Assembly: GCF_003918875.1 (NCBI RefSeq)
Contig: NW_025767168.1
Coordinates: 868,001-932,000, forward strand
Source: Haliotis rubra
Taxonomy: Eukaryota
Direction of reading: 5' to 3'
DNA length: 64,000 bases
The position numbers and the translations under genes were made by a program. Each line of letters starts with the position of its first letter. Positions within the stretch are counted from its first letter, which is position 1. Below the pieces are notes generated by a model. The model was given only the letters and a program-made list of their open reading frames with translations, did not search any database and was not told the origin of the DNA. This document shows positions 1 to 13,346 of the stretch, in pieces.

Positions 1-2000
1 GGTTGTCTTTTTATGTTCTAAAGTGACGACCAGATGAGCTACAGTACTTGGGCACTCTTTTTATCTTAATCTGGATAACAAATATACTTCTGTTAGTTCG
101 TTACAAGTATCATCAAGTATTGTGTCTTGTGACAAATTTGTTTATGTAAAAAGAATGAAATCTCAAAGTTAATTTACTCTGACCTTGTCTGATTTTGAAA
201 CACTGGATGACCATTTACACTGCCAGATGCAATATCGCACATTAAATAAATGTAAATCGTGTTTATTCATATTCCAGGTCACTTCCTCATTGAAACGCTC
301 AGGATGAAATATCCATGGTCATGTTGACATTATTTCATACATATTAATATATAAATATATATTTCATTCTGTGGAATGTATATTTACTACTGAGAATTTG
401 GCAACACAATACAAAGTTTCAGACAATGTTAGTGTTATGTTGAAGGTTGTTGTGAATTTATTACTTACCATGTACATACATACCTGAGTTGGTTTCTCAG
501 CATTAGTGAATATACCAGATTGCCATGGTAATTGTTATGGAATTGGTATGTGTTTGAGAATGTTGGTTTAAAAGCAATATTATGTTTAAGGGGAAAATGC
601 CAGCTTGTATGAAATCAGGCAATACATTACGGTTCATTTAGGATAGTCTTCATTCAACATGTCAGTTCAGTACAGGAGTAGGACCTTAACATGAAGGATA
701 TCTGGGCAACCATGGACAGAAGTAATATTGGCCCTAAAATGTTATTTTGCCTGAAACATGCTTTCTAGACAGGCTGGCTTTGAAAACTGTATGTGTGGTT
801 GTTTGTATGGCACTCGGCATCTAATCTCGAACAGATGAATAGTATGTATGATCCTTTCTATAAGTCGATTTTTAAATCTTGAATGTTTTCCTCTGAAGTC
901 TCAGGTTCAATATTGATATGATATGCACAGCCTTTGATCTCCATGTCATCACAGTCCATTGGAATGTATCCTTTATCAAAGAACTTTTTCAGGTGGAACT
1001 ACACGTTTTTGACACAACAATGGCCTCAACGTATTAATATTGGTTCAGTTTATGCTTACAAAGTCAGGAACTCATTGGGAAGTTGGATTTGGGTTTTTGG
1101 TTAGGGTATTTTTATTCACCTTTCTATAAAAACAACCTATATATCCTGCAAATATAAAATGTTTATGGAGTATCTTTGCAGAGAATATACAGCTTCACAC
1201 ATTGGTAGAATCCTGTGTCACTAGAATGGAATCTTGTCACTGAAACCAACATGTCAGCATGAGTTCATTGCAGTAGCCATTTAATCCTTTTTACTGGGAT
1301 GGGAATTGGAAGATACAGATCCTTGTGACCTGCTATGATTAATTCAGTGCTATATTTGTGGAATAGAACATTACAGCTTCAAATTAACCACCAATAAAAT
1401 AATCTGTGAGTGGATGAAAATGTACTGTCCCATTGGCTATATTCTGGCACAACACAAGACGGTCGTACCATTGTAAGTGACCTTGGGATAATGGTTAAAT
1501 AAATATGTTGGATATATTGTTGGAGCAGTGCAGAATACTTTCTAAGGGTCTTGAGAAACTGAACAGTTTCTACACGAACTTGTTTCCATCAAGACACTTG
1601 TGAAAGTGGGAGACTCTGATGAGCACTGTAGGGTACCAATGGTATGGTGGTTATACAAGGATGTTTTTGTCACTAAGGCTATTGAGAGTATATTTGATTG
1701 GACATGTACACACAAGATTTGCAAATGTTGACGCATATTATGTCCATTCTGCAGTGAAAGTTTTGCTGATTGTTCGTGCAAACTTTTGCCATGGTATTTT
1801 ATCGAATGGAAAATGTAAAATATATTTCATTTGCAGAAAATGTTATTGTACCTGTACAAGCTCTGTGATAAAGTCTGACTTTGAAGTTGAGATGTCTCGT
1901 TTCTCTTTCGAGTGAGATCAACAAATGATAGAGTTTTGTAAGATATACTGTTTAAATTTAAATTATTTGATGGGTGTACGTTTTCACAGAATGACAGTCA
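1..2000. other. CpG-depleted AT-rich region, probably the 3' UTR/3' end of a gene lying outside the window
   Basis: About 20 CpG in 2 kb by manual count versus abundant CpG after ~2.6 kb; TG/CA-rich; AATAAA at ~246, ~1393, ~1498; no repeats or credible ORF. Confidence 0.4.
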
Positions 2001-5000
2001 TAAAAAGATATAGTTGAAAAACACAATGCAACATTTTTACACATTTTATTGGTCAGAGATCAGAGGACTGCAGGAACAAAACAGTAAATCCGAAAAAGTT
2101 TTGCTACGTTTTCCCGGGAATCGAACAGTGAAGTGCAGATTTCCACGCCAACAAGACCCTTTTATAACAGGAGTTGTCTCCCCTAGACTGTTTTTTCCTT
2201 GATATTCCCACTCTTAAAACGTGTATAGTACTGTGATTTGTTAGCATCGGTGAATAATTAGTTAAGTGGATAGTTCTGTGTTTAATATTTTCGCTTTTAA
2301 GGAAGAACAAAGTCATATCTTAACAGTTATTTCTTCTAAAAGTATATTCCAAAATGTTAGGATAACCGTTATTTATTGTATTTCCTATCAATATTGATGT
2401 GAAAATATTAAATAATATTTATGAGTATATGAACAATACGTAATGCTTGTAAAAGCAGGAAGGCAATCTTATCAGTCATTCTGAACTTCAGATCAAAGCA
2501 AATGTTGAAGACAAACTTGATATTTAGAGAATCATTTATCTGGATCACACTTGTGGGATATTTTACTACAGGCGTTAATTGGATGTTTCTTGGTGCGAGA
2601 GAAGAAATATCCTTTCGGCTCATTTATTCGTCAGTTTCTCAAAATGCTGTTAGCGATCATCGAGTGTGTTAATGGCGTGTGATGTAGTTGACGTAAAGCG
2701 CGTATCACAACCGGTTAAACGAAGTAGTGACACGCACAGCGATTTGTCAGTTTGCCTGCACGTGCAACCCCATCCGACATCGCGACGCGGAAGTTATTCA
2801 CGCATTTGATGCAGGTAAAATCAACCAGGTGCTAGGCGTCGTAGTGAATATTTTGTACATGATTTGTCACGCGTGAACATAACATGTTGACTTCACAGGT
2901 AAAGACAATCTGACAGTATGATATTCTGGCGTCATCTTTTATTCATCCTACTATGTATTTCGATAAATGCCTTCATACAAATTAGTTATTCCTCGTTAAA
3001 TTATTATTGTCGTGTTATGTTAACCATGGAGGTTTAAAGTTCCTGTTATTCATGGGAATGGTTATATCAGGAAGGGAAACCCAGTGTATGTGTCCCACTG
3101 AGTAACTTCCTGGTGTAGGCTAGGTTGGGGATGTTATTCTCGGCTCCAATTAGTTTGTATTCTACAGGATTCATCATTCGCGATTACAAAGGATAACTGT
3201 AGCATTATAACATTAGGAATCCGTTATCTTACATATTCTGTAAACGGGATCATAATAATCCAGACAAAATTGGGTTTATTGATATTCTAGACTGCTGATG
3301 GGGAGCGGATGGGCCCAGTATATGAAACCCGGATGACTACGAGGTCTGCTATGTAGATTTACTGGCCACTTAACTCTCGAATATTTACAGGCGCCGCGAT
3401 GTGGTTCATTATTTTACGGACTACTGCGAAAAAACAACACTCCATTAATGTCATATATTTGTGAAAATTTAGATCAATTTTCGTGTTCATTTTTTCTTCA
3501 CTGCTATTGGAATTAATCATCCATGTGACGAAGTACGGAGCCGCAGGTTCAAAGCACGAAGATCCTTGACTGTCTCGGAAACAATCACCTTAGTCTGCCT
3601 TTCCAAATCAGCCAGTAAACAAGACGAGGATAACTGTAAGCATGGAAGATTCTGTAATCCATCCATTCAGCATGATGATGTCGAGTCGTCGGTCACGATG
3701 ATTTCAGCTAACGGCGGTCTCTGTTTCAAGGACGGAATATCATGGAGACTAGATAGGGCACCCGGCATTCATGAGTCTACAACCAGAGTCCAGTCTCATC
3801 CAAAGAAAAGTATGAAGTGTTACCGTTTGCTGTGTCTTTTGCAAACTTCCGATATTCAATCTTCCTGTCATTGTGAGATTATAGGCGTACGGTAAAAGGG
3901 ATTATTTAAGAGAGATTTGGTCGACCATTGGATCCTGTTCATTTTCATCTGTAGCCCATTCAGTCTACCTATCGCGGCCTAATCTGCTACCCATGAGAAG
4001 ATCTACCAAGGACACCGAGCATACATGGCGATAAATTCGCCGATCCAATTATACTGATTGTTCTGTAACGTCATATCGGTATAAAGGCAACATCGAGGAG
4101 AATACACCAGTGATCCGAAAAGGGTTGCATTCCGCGAAGATTAGTGAGCATACGGGGAGCAATCCAGGTAGACGGCGTTATTTGTGCCCACGAAGCGTGG
4201 ACAACCTTCTTGTTCCGGTCTTCGATCGTCAATGGACGAGTACCGGAGTCGGAGCGCCATCTACACTCCGGGTAATCCCTATGCCTCAAATCACTCATTA
4301 ATGCAGTGCTAGGCCAATGGATGCCTTTCTAATGGGACACTGTTATTCTGCCCAACTTGGTTTGAAAACGGAGTATCTTGTTGACATTTGGCGTTCAGTC
4401 ACCCAGTTAACTCGTCCCGACAGATGTTTGGTTATCTAAGGCCTACTTGTCTGGGCCAATCAGGAACAGACCTCCAAACTGGGCTCTGGTGGTTGACGTG
4501 CAAGACCTCAAGCCCCGCCTGAGGAACGAATCCAGCCTTTAGGTGTCGTGGTAGATAATTCGCTGAGGCGTGAAGGCAACACGAACGTCTCCAGGTGAAA
4601 AACTTGATAAAATCGTGATACATAGAAAGAATGGGCCAGCTATTTGTGTAAGTATACTTTTCACTGAAGTCCGTGAAGCGTGGAGGGAGATAAGTGTCTC
4701 CAATTACACGGTTCCTAATGCCTACTCCCTCCTGTATTGGTTGTCTACAGCGCTGAGTGGCCCACCTCTTTAGCCCAGTGTGTAAATTATCGGCCCTGTC
4801 TCTTTGATCACGGGGAAAACATGGTCAATTACAGATTCCTCCCGCCCGACAACTGCCAGCGTGCTCAGTCACTTGTGAAACCCTGACGACCTGAAACCTC
4901 TGAGAAATATGGCCACGACGCCAACCCACGTCGCAAGCCCGCCATTACATCCTTTCGACGTCACATCTCCATACATTACAATACATCAATTTCTCATATA

Positions 5001-5059
5001 CCTTTCAAATCACAACTTAACACCCCTGTTTCTCACAACACCGCCGTACCTCGTACCTT

Positions 5060-5780
5060 AACATTGAACTGCCCCAAGATCTTCCAATGGAACATCCGCT
5101 AAAGGAGCTTTTTGTCTCCCTGTCACAGGTACCTTCTTTTCGATTTTACATTAATCTGCCTTCTCTCATTTGCTGTTAATCCCACCAATTAGTCCTCAAC
5201 GACAGTACGAATCTTGATACCTCACCATCCCATTTCCAAGTAAAACCCTTCCTCGCGGTCGCTGAACGTCAACCATCCGTGCGTTTATCCCCACTTCACA
5301 TGTATTTGGTACCACGACAATACGGTCATGCCTTCTTGGTAAACCCTCTGCCATAGTTTACCATGAGCATGCACCCTATATTTCCCCACCCTAGCATCAA
5401 GCCCCATTGCGCCTCTGTCGTTTTTACTTTTGTTTTATTGAACATCTACTTCCCCATCTATCCGACGGACTCCTCTGATGTGAATCCATATTTGGGAGCC
5501 ATCTTGCCACTTCTCCCTTGAACTCTCCCTCTTCTCTTGCTACCCCTCCCCGCGTCCCCATACTTCTCCCATTGCTCCCAATGTCCTTCCCAAGATCCTT
5601 GTTTTGTCCCCCACGTCTCGCCCGGTTGCCACGTAATCACCTGATTTCGGGAGACATCTTCTCACGTACCTCTTGACTTCCCCAACCCGCTCGTCATCTT
5701 ACACTGATCCTCACTGTATCGTCCTTGCTAATTTAACCATTCAACAATGACTGCGATGATTTACTGACCATTGTGTTATG
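5060..5780 (+). pseudogene. Possible highly decayed LINE (I/Nimb-like) endonuclease remnant
   Basis: aagatcttccaatggaacatccgc at ~5076 translates KIFQWNIR (APE N-terminal xxQWNxRG motif); C-rich strand; CIVLANL at ~5715 weakly resembles the IILGDFN motif. Confidence 0.3.
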
Positions 5781-6389
5781 ATAGTGCAGACACAGTAGTC
5801 GCTGTCTTGTCTGTCGGGATTGACCCGTCGCATCTCGCAGTCTGCATAACAATCGGCCGCCTATATCCCCCTCAACAACGCTAGCCAGTCTCCTCTCGTG
5901 ACACGTTTGTTCTTCGGATGGTACAAGCCGCCTCCACAAACGTATAATTACGTTTCACAAAACGATGGCGTTAGCATTTGATTCTGACTCGACTGATTTA
6001 AATCGACTTGTACTTGTTGCGTCAGATAACCACGACGATCTGATTTTATCTTTAATGATATAAGTTACGAATAGCACCACGAATACTGTCAAGGGCCGCC
6101 ATGTAGCACAACGGTTAAGGTGCTACCTCGTCACGCCGCAGATCCTGGTTCGATTCCAAACGTAGATACAATGGCTGTAAGGCATCTTGTAAAAGCAGAG
6201 TAAACCTGAACTCACTCACTCGATGAGATATCCACATGCACGATGCTCTTAATTGAGATCTGGAGATGTCAAGACTCGGTCATTCACTGGACGTGATGTC
6301 GGCTTCAGAAGAGAGAAGGAAGGGATGGTGACTCACATGCGTTCGCTCGTCACGAGTAGAAACGGGTTTGTTTCCCGAAATGAATGTAT

Positions 6390-6532
6390 GAATGAGTTTA
6401 GTTTTACGCCGCTTTTACCAATATCACGGCGGGGGACACCAGAAATGGACTTCACTCATTGTACCAATGTGGGGAATCGAACCCGGGTCTTCTTCGTGAT
6501 GAGCGAACGCTTTAACCACGAGGCTACCCCAC
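6390..6532 (-). mobile_element. SINE family A (tRNA-derived), internally deleted copy
   Basis: Reverse complement of the family A consensus with B box GGTTCGATTCC and gcggcgtaaaac tail. Confidence 0.9.
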
Positions 6533-6664
6533 AACGCAGTGATAGATGCCTGGAATGACGCTCAATGGCTGTAAGGCTTATGGTCTCTGCTGACAGAGGA
6601 TTTTCAAAATCCAAAAGATTTCTCTAAACCATCCTCACGATAACTTAGAAATGCATATATGAAG

Positions 6665-6790
6665 ACCGCCTCCCTGGCCTTGTGGATAGAGGGATTTGAT
6701 CCCTTGGCCGCGTCATACCGCAAGACGTTAAAAGGTGGTACTTGTTGTTACCAAGGCTGGCGTTGTTCAACAGCAAGGACTGGTCTACTA
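6665..6790 (+). mobile_element. SINE family C fragment (Meta-domain-like)
   Basis: gccgcgtcataccgcaagacgttaaaaggtggtacttgttg...ctggcg matches the central domain of the copy at 11531-11867. Confidence 0.65.
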
Positions 6791-7786
6791 TACAGCTTTC
6801 TGTATAACCCTCATCCCACCTTGTTCAATGATAATTCATGAAAGTTGCAAGAACGACATGAAAGTACAATCAGTTTCAGCTAATCTTGTTTGCATTTAAC
6901 TAACATGTTATGGGGTTATTGAAACAGAAACATTGCATTGTGGCACTGGACTGCTACCCTTCCACGTGAAAAGATATCGCCACTTCAGTCAAGCCTTGGG
7001 AGCTTCCATCTGATTTCTGAGAGGGTTTGTGTTGTGCGTGCTTGAACTAAAACTTGTGTGTTAATTGTAAAAGTTGATATACTGTTTTATACTTAGAGAA
7101 ACAAGTATGTTACCACATGAAAATAATAGTGGTTCCATGTGTTCCCCAGGTTTTTCGCAAGCTTTGTATCACACTGTTGGTAAACATCTGGAAATGAATA
7201 AAGGGACACAGAAATTTAGTGGTGTTCCCTTATTTGTTTCCATCAGTATAGTTTGTAGATTATCCATTTGGGGAAAAAATATTTTTCTGTGAAATCAAAT
7301 GGAGGCTCCCTTACCAATGAGGGAGATATTCACTAATACAAAGTACAACAGGAAGTAATTCACGGTGCATAAACAAATGAAATTCAGCAGCTGTCACTAA
7401 TGGTTGTGGTCGATGGAACCTTTAGATAGACACTGTTGTTCGTGTCAAGTATATACGTGGCGCATCAACTAATGGTAATGTATAGTCCTCGTGTTTAAGC
7501 AATAAGTAATTATATATTAGTGTTTTGTCCCAACTTCGTATTCAGCTGCATCAGTGAAGCCTTTGTTTTGCTACATGAACGAGGGGTATGTGTGGTGAAG
7601 ATATTTTTATTGTTACTGTCATATCTATTTATGCCATCAAATTCATTAATTTTGTCCTTGATTTATGGCCGGTCATTACGTTTATATCATTAGTATGATC
7701 ATTATAACGGTATCCCTTATCAGTGGAACTGGATGGGAAGTTAGACTACTGAGTTGGGTTGTAGGTCGCTTTAAGCAGTATTCGTG

Positions 7787-7952
7787 GGGGCGGTGGGGTA
7801 GCCTAGTGGTTAAAGCGTCCGCTCGTCACGCCGAAGACCCGGGTTCGATTCCCCACATGGGTACAATGTGTGAAGTCCATTTCTGGTGTCCCCGCCATGA
7901 TATTGTTGGAATATTGCTAAAAGCGGCGTAAAACCAAAGTCACTCACTCACT
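7787..7952 (+). mobile_element. SINE family A, full length
   Basis: A box TAGCCTAGTGG, B box GGTTCGATTCC, GTC anticodon-like loop, (CACT)n tail, 11-bp TSD CAGTATTCGTG. Confidence 0.95.
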
Positions 7953-7984
7953 CAGTATTCGTGCTTAACCAGGCGTATATGTTA

Positions 7985-8126
7985 GTTTGTTTGCTGTTTA
8001 ACGCCGCACTTAGCAATGTCATTGCGGCGGTCTGTAATATTTGGGTCTGGACCAGACAATCCAGTGATCAACAGCATGAGCATCGATATACTCATTTGGG
8101 ATATGTTAATATGTGTCACCCAAGTC
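7985..8126 (-). mobile_element. Short retroelement family B, 3' part
   Basis: ctggaccagacaatccagtgatcaacagcatgagcatcgat shared with 17507-17750 and 23701-23943. Confidence 0.85.
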
Positions 8127-8184
8127 ACCCAAGATGAAAGTGATGCAGGTGTAAGACGTCATGGTGCTTATAAGCCTGGAAACA

Positions 8185-8285
8185 TAATCGGGATTCGAAC
8201 CCACGATCATGGGTTCTGGTGTACACAAGGGACGCAACTCTGTACGGCGAATTGCAGCGCCTTGGCCAAGTGACCAAACCGTAAC
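8185..8285 (-). mobile_element. tRNA(Leu/Ser)-like repeat head, second copy at ~17884-17950
   Basis: Minus strand ccaaggcgctg...cgtgggttcgaatccc; near-identical gggattcgaacc...aagggacg(c/t)aactctg(t/c)acggcgaatt block at 17888-17950. Confidence 0.55.
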
Positions 8286-9779
8286 TGAATGGCATTATAG
8301 AAGTTGAAAAGTACAATACTGACAAATATATGGATAATAACCTTTTTTATTTTGTGATTGCAGTTTTGTATTTTGCATTCACAAAACAAAAATGCCGTTA
8401 CCCATAAATTTGTCAGTATTGAGCAGCAAGTGCCCAGTGAGAAATTAGGTCACGTGCCTGTCATGGACGTTTGAGTCCAACATTACTGCAATTCATAGAG
8501 CACCTTGTTGTTATGGCAACCTGAGGCAGTAGAGATCAACAACACAAATGTTCATTAGAAATAAGCAATACTAAACCTATCAGGAATATTAATTCAGAAT
8601 ATCCAGCTATATTTTTCCATGATTAAATGTATGAAGTGTCAATTCATTATACACAGACATGGGAGCTTTAAAGGCGTTTCTCATCAACCGTGTGTTATCA
8701 TATATTATCAATGAAACCTACATTGTACATAAATCTTCATTCCACGCAGACCTATATGTACCAGCTGTGACAAACTGTTATTAAATATTTCTGTATATGC
8801 TTTTCCACAGTAATTAAATGCGGTTAAAATTGAGCTGAAACCTGAGAAAGCAGTCATCCGCACATTGTAGTGCACCTTGATCGCGATAATATATTTGATT
8901 TTACAACAGGTTGCACATCAATAGAGCCATACAGCATAAAGGCCTTTAACGACATTGGTGCATACTGGCTTGTGTTGAGCTTAGCAAACCACGTATCATT
9001 AACTAGCATTTTATTCGTGATTTTAGGTCGACCTACTGTACTCACTGAAAGTATGTTCTGCAACACTAACTCACGCAACATCATGTGTCACTTTTCAAAG
9101 CGGTGAATATGAATATATTACCCTTATTTGTACGCGAATATTCATCGACTGATGAGTTGGAAAAGATATTGTTAAATACAAGACCAATTCAATGACCGAA
9201 GGTGAACGTGTTTCTGTTTTATACAGAATTCATATTTGTAGAATATATTGAATGTATATATGTTCCATATGAAGATGCTAGTGTGATATTTCAGTTAGTG
9301 TAACGTGAGTGAGTTGTGTTGACGGCGGTGAGGTACAAGAAATGGGTATCATACCTTGTACCCGTATGAGGCATGGAACCCGGTCTTCGGCGTGGCGAGC
9401 GAACACTTTAACCACTAGGCTACATAAAGGTGTCAGCCAGTGTTAAATGATTTGCGACGTAGCAATATTGAATATTGATTGTGGTCCCCTGCATACGGTA
9501 CTCATCACGTGCTCATACACGCCTATTTGTAAACAAATATGATGACTCCGACTCAAATCGGCAACTTCTGGTTTCGGTACCCAAAGCCTTAATACAGGAT
9601 ATATGCCATATGGCCTCGGAGAATAGCTTGGTAACAGATTATACGTTTTTGTTGTTCTAATTCTGAAGGTTATACTATCCTCAGCGTTATTTGTAGCAAG
9701 GGATATGTGCATATATGTACACTGTATCCCCAGATGAGAATAGATCCACCGTATTCTAAAATCTCTAAAATTATATATA

Positions 9780-10100
9780 ATTCAAAGAGAACAAATGTTA
9801 ACCTCTTTAGAAACTATAGTGAATTATAGAGCATGTATTGATATTAATCTCATCTTAAATGGCAATGCAGGTCTCTCGCTTAGCGAAAATCAGAATGTTT
9901 TTAAATCTGTACATATCTACATCCATAACACTAAACGATTTAAATAACTCTGTCTGTACATATCTATACCCTTTGTCTGCCTCTTGTTGAACTTTTTTTG
10001 TAATATACAGTTGTAACTATGTGGAGAGGGCTTATTTAAGTTGGATAACTTGTGCCCAATCCGTTTCTTAATTGAATAACATATGTTTCAATCAATCAAC
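9780..10100 (+). mobile_element. LINE 3' UTR fragment with (TCAA)n tail; related inverted copy at ~13415-13500
   Basis: ttaagttggataac...ccaatcc...tgaataacatatgtttcaatcaatc; the reverse complement of 13415-13500 has the same blocks. Confidence 0.55.
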
Positions 10101-10176
10101 CTAAAACTCCAGCATATACATACACTTCACAGTGTCAGAGAGCTGGGTAGCTATAGTGCATGTGAAGCCCATTTCT

Positions 10177-10375
10177 TAGTCCGTCTCACAGTCCCTGAAC
10201 CATCTTAATTTCCCTACAGCCTAGCCCTCCCTGCAATACCAAAGGTAAATGAAGCAAGTCTAGATCCCCCCCCCCCCCCCAAGGTTCTGATCTCCCTGGG
10301 GATCCTTTCCAGTGTCAATGGGTTTAAATTGTTACAATCAATACCATATATATTCAGAGACTAAACATTAGTCTA
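10177..10375 (+). mobile_element. Non-autonomous Academ-like DNA transposon inserted in a family A SINE
   Basis: Ends TAG...CTA, terminal hairpin AGACTAA-ACA-TTAGTCT, 8-bp TSD CCATTTCT (10169-10176, 10376-10383); SINE sequence continues on both sides. Confidence 0.8.
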
Positions 10376-11530
10376 CCATTTCTAGGCGTCCCCTGCGTTC
10401 CGTAGCTAGTAAAATGCTAAACGGCGGCGTAAAACCATACTCACTCACGTCACCGTTTCTTCCGGAACGTAGCTCTTAACTAGTGCCATTAGCAGACAGG
10501 CAAAGCGTAAGTACAATAAAAGCCATCTGAAAAGAATGTACCACGAAAATATCTTATTTTCGCATTTTACCAATTTCCCATTTTCAGTGTAATCATGTAT
10601 TCAATAACATGGGAAGATCGAGTGCGGAACTAGGGTATCTGCTCACACCTGAAATTTTCATCCTCAAGCAAAATCTTTACAGACAGTATTTACACACGTT
10701 TTACACATAATAATTAATACATGAAGCGGCATTGCAATACATAGGGGAAAAGGCCATCGAGTTTCAAGAATTGTCTGATACTTTTAAGATTCTAAAATTC
10801 TTGTTTTCACTAACTGCCTGTTCACTCATCTCCTAGAGTGTGTGCCATCGCTTAACCAAACCAAGCTTATAATGGAGGATGGATACCCGAAATGTTATGG
10901 CGCAAAACAGCTAGATTCCATAAACATGTGCTTTCTAAACTACAATCTATTGACAAGGTCATAATGTCATCACGCAGCTGAATACAAATGTGAAGTGATA
11001 TGTTTTTATAGTCGTTGTTAAGCTCGTCTAAACACCATGAAATAACTCCAGCTTTTCCAGACACCACCGCCATCAGACACGACTGCGACCGTGTAGCTTT
11101 AGACAAGTCTTCAAAGTAATAATTATTAGTGTAAAATCACATTTTCTAGACAGTGTAAATAATAAGAACAACTTTGCACTGTAAAATACTGGTGTATTTC
11201 ATGAAGACGTGCCTGTCATAAACTCAGACTCTTTATTTTCGTAGATGATGGCCTTTGAGGCCTATAGTACAATGACGTGCTTAATATGGGAAAATGACAT
11301 GAGCGCCCGCTCATAGTTTCGCAGTGTAAACATTTTGGTCAGATAGATAGCACTATTAAAGAATACAGATTTATCTTGGCTGGACATCAGTTGTGTACAT
11401 TTAAGTTTAGAGTGGTATGTAAACAAAGATTGAATTGCTACACAACTTTTTACCTATTATTCAGTAGGGCCTTTGAGCAAGGCTAGCAGTCACGTGTTCA
11501 ACGAAGGCGCCATTCCGTTAGTATGGGAGG

Positions 11531-11867
11531 TGAGGTGAAATGAGGTTTAACGTCGTACTTGGGAATATTTCGCTTATGACGACGTGCATGCGTGTGTATG
11601 TGTATGTGCGGCTGCTTGTACTGGCCCAGACTTAAGATGGTTTCATAGTGCTAGCTCACCATGCCGCAGTGAAGCATGAATACCCCACTCAGACACATTA
11701 TACTGACTCCGAGCCGACCAGTTCTTGTTGTACCCATTAATGCCGAGCGCCAGGCAGGGACCAACAAGTACCTTATGTTAACGTCCTTGGTATGGCGCGG
11801 CCGGGGATCGAACCCACGACCCTCCGCTCTCCGGGCGAACGCTCTACCCACTACACCGCGGAACGGT
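11531..11867 (-). mobile_element. SINE family C, full length (tRNA head, Meta-domain-like core, (CACCT)n tail)
   Basis: Head gtgtagtgggtagagcgttcgcc...gggttcgatcccc; core gccataccaaggacgtt...ggtacttgttggtccctgcctggcgctcggcatt; imperfect TSD TTA(GT/TC)ATGGGAGG. Confidence 0.9.
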
Positions 11868-12294
11868 TTATCATGGGAGGAAAGGGTGTTGCTTTGGTTT
11901 GGTTATATTCAAAGCACAGTTTCATGATATATGAAGTTTAAAAAGCTACTGTAGAATAACTTTAAAGTAGGAATCGTGTTTTGAATTAATGTAGATACTT
12001 GTTTCAAGGTGAATCTCCTTTCAAAGATTTTAGACTTGAGTGAGTGAATAATGTTTAACGGTGCGCTCATTGATGAAGAATCAACTGCTATGACACAAGC
12101 ACAGAAGCTTTAAACGTGTCTCTCGTCACCCGTCTGTTATCGTATATTATCAGCGATGTAATCTCTCTATGAATATAAATTTACATTTCCAAACAAGACC
12201 ATTTGGACCAGCTGTGACAAACTGCTGTTGAACTGTTTCTGGTATAACCTGATGCAGGATATTCAGCCTTGTCTGTTGTCTTGTGTCTGTAGTT

Positions 12295-12482
12295 AAATAT
12301 CACTCACCCACTCACTGAAACACACATATACACGCACACGAAAACCCACTCACGTTCACTCACACGCATACGCACATCAAAATATACACATTCACTCCAT
12401 TGCTCGCTCACTCGCTCACACAAGAAGAAACAGACACATACTCTCACACACGAAACGAACCTCACTCATACACACTCACGAA
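12295..12482. repeat. Degenerate (CA)/(CACT) microsatellite
   Basis: Low-complexity ca/ctca runs. Confidence 0.7.
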
Positions 12483-12484
12483 AA

Positions 12485-12645
12485 CAGACCATCCAGTGAT
12501 CAATATCATGAGCATCGTTCTACACAATTGGGATATGATGACGTGTCAACCAAGCCAGCAAGCCTGACCACCCGATCCCGTTACTCACCTCTTACGACAA
12601 GCATGGGTTACCGAAGACCAATTCTAACCCGGATCTTCACGGGTC
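12485..12645 (-). mobile_element. Family B element, 5' part with intact head
   Basis: Ends ...ctaacccggatcttcacgggtc like the other full copies. Confidence 0.9.
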
Positions 12646-13193
12646 TCCCGGAACAAAGACCAGCAAGTATACTCAGCAACATTTTGCGCACTCGCCTAAA
12701 ACCAATAATCCCAGGATAACCCAAGTGAATCCGCGTTGTGGTTTGTGGTACTGCCGCTGAATAAAAATATACATTTGTAAATACCCTTCTCGTCAAACTT
12801 GTGTATCTAATATGACGGCAAACAAGGCTCGTGTTAATATGACATTTCACTCACCATCAAATCTATCACATGTTAGAGGGCCATGCAAACGCACATCTGT
12901 AAGCTATATCGCTAGACAATCGCCTGGAACCCTAGCTGGGCGCCGTGTGGTCGCATGTCTGCCCCTAACCTTGTAGATATGCATTCGATATGTGAAGCTG
13001 TACATATTTGTCAGTCAAGGTAACGCGGATATGCACATAGGGAAGCACAGGATGACGAGATCAATACTGTGGACGTTATACAACATATGTACACGAGTAA
13101 TCTAAGCGCAGCAATTCGCTGTCCAGGCCTGCGTTCCTTTGACGTGCAAGAAACATATCATCGTTGGTTCTAATGCCATATTAGCACTAGTAC

Positions 13194-13346
13194 GTGAGTG
13201 AGTTTAGTTTTACGCCGCTTTTAGCATCCAGCAATATCAGCGGAACACCAGAAATGGGCTTAACACAATGCACCCATGTGGGGAATCGAACCCGGGCATT
13301 TGGCGTGACGAGCCAACGCTTAACCGTTAGGCTACCCCGCCGTCCC
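13194..13346 (-). mobile_element. SINE family A
   Basis: Consensus match; TSD ATT(A/C)GCACTAGTA. Confidence 0.9.

Noticed and set aside
3566-3895. 109-aa ORF
   Set aside because: TTG start, no recognisable homology, no exon signals
7787-7865. tRNA-Asp gene call (also applies to other family A heads)
   Set aside because: Acceptor stem does not close properly, and every copy continues into a SINE body and tail with TSDs
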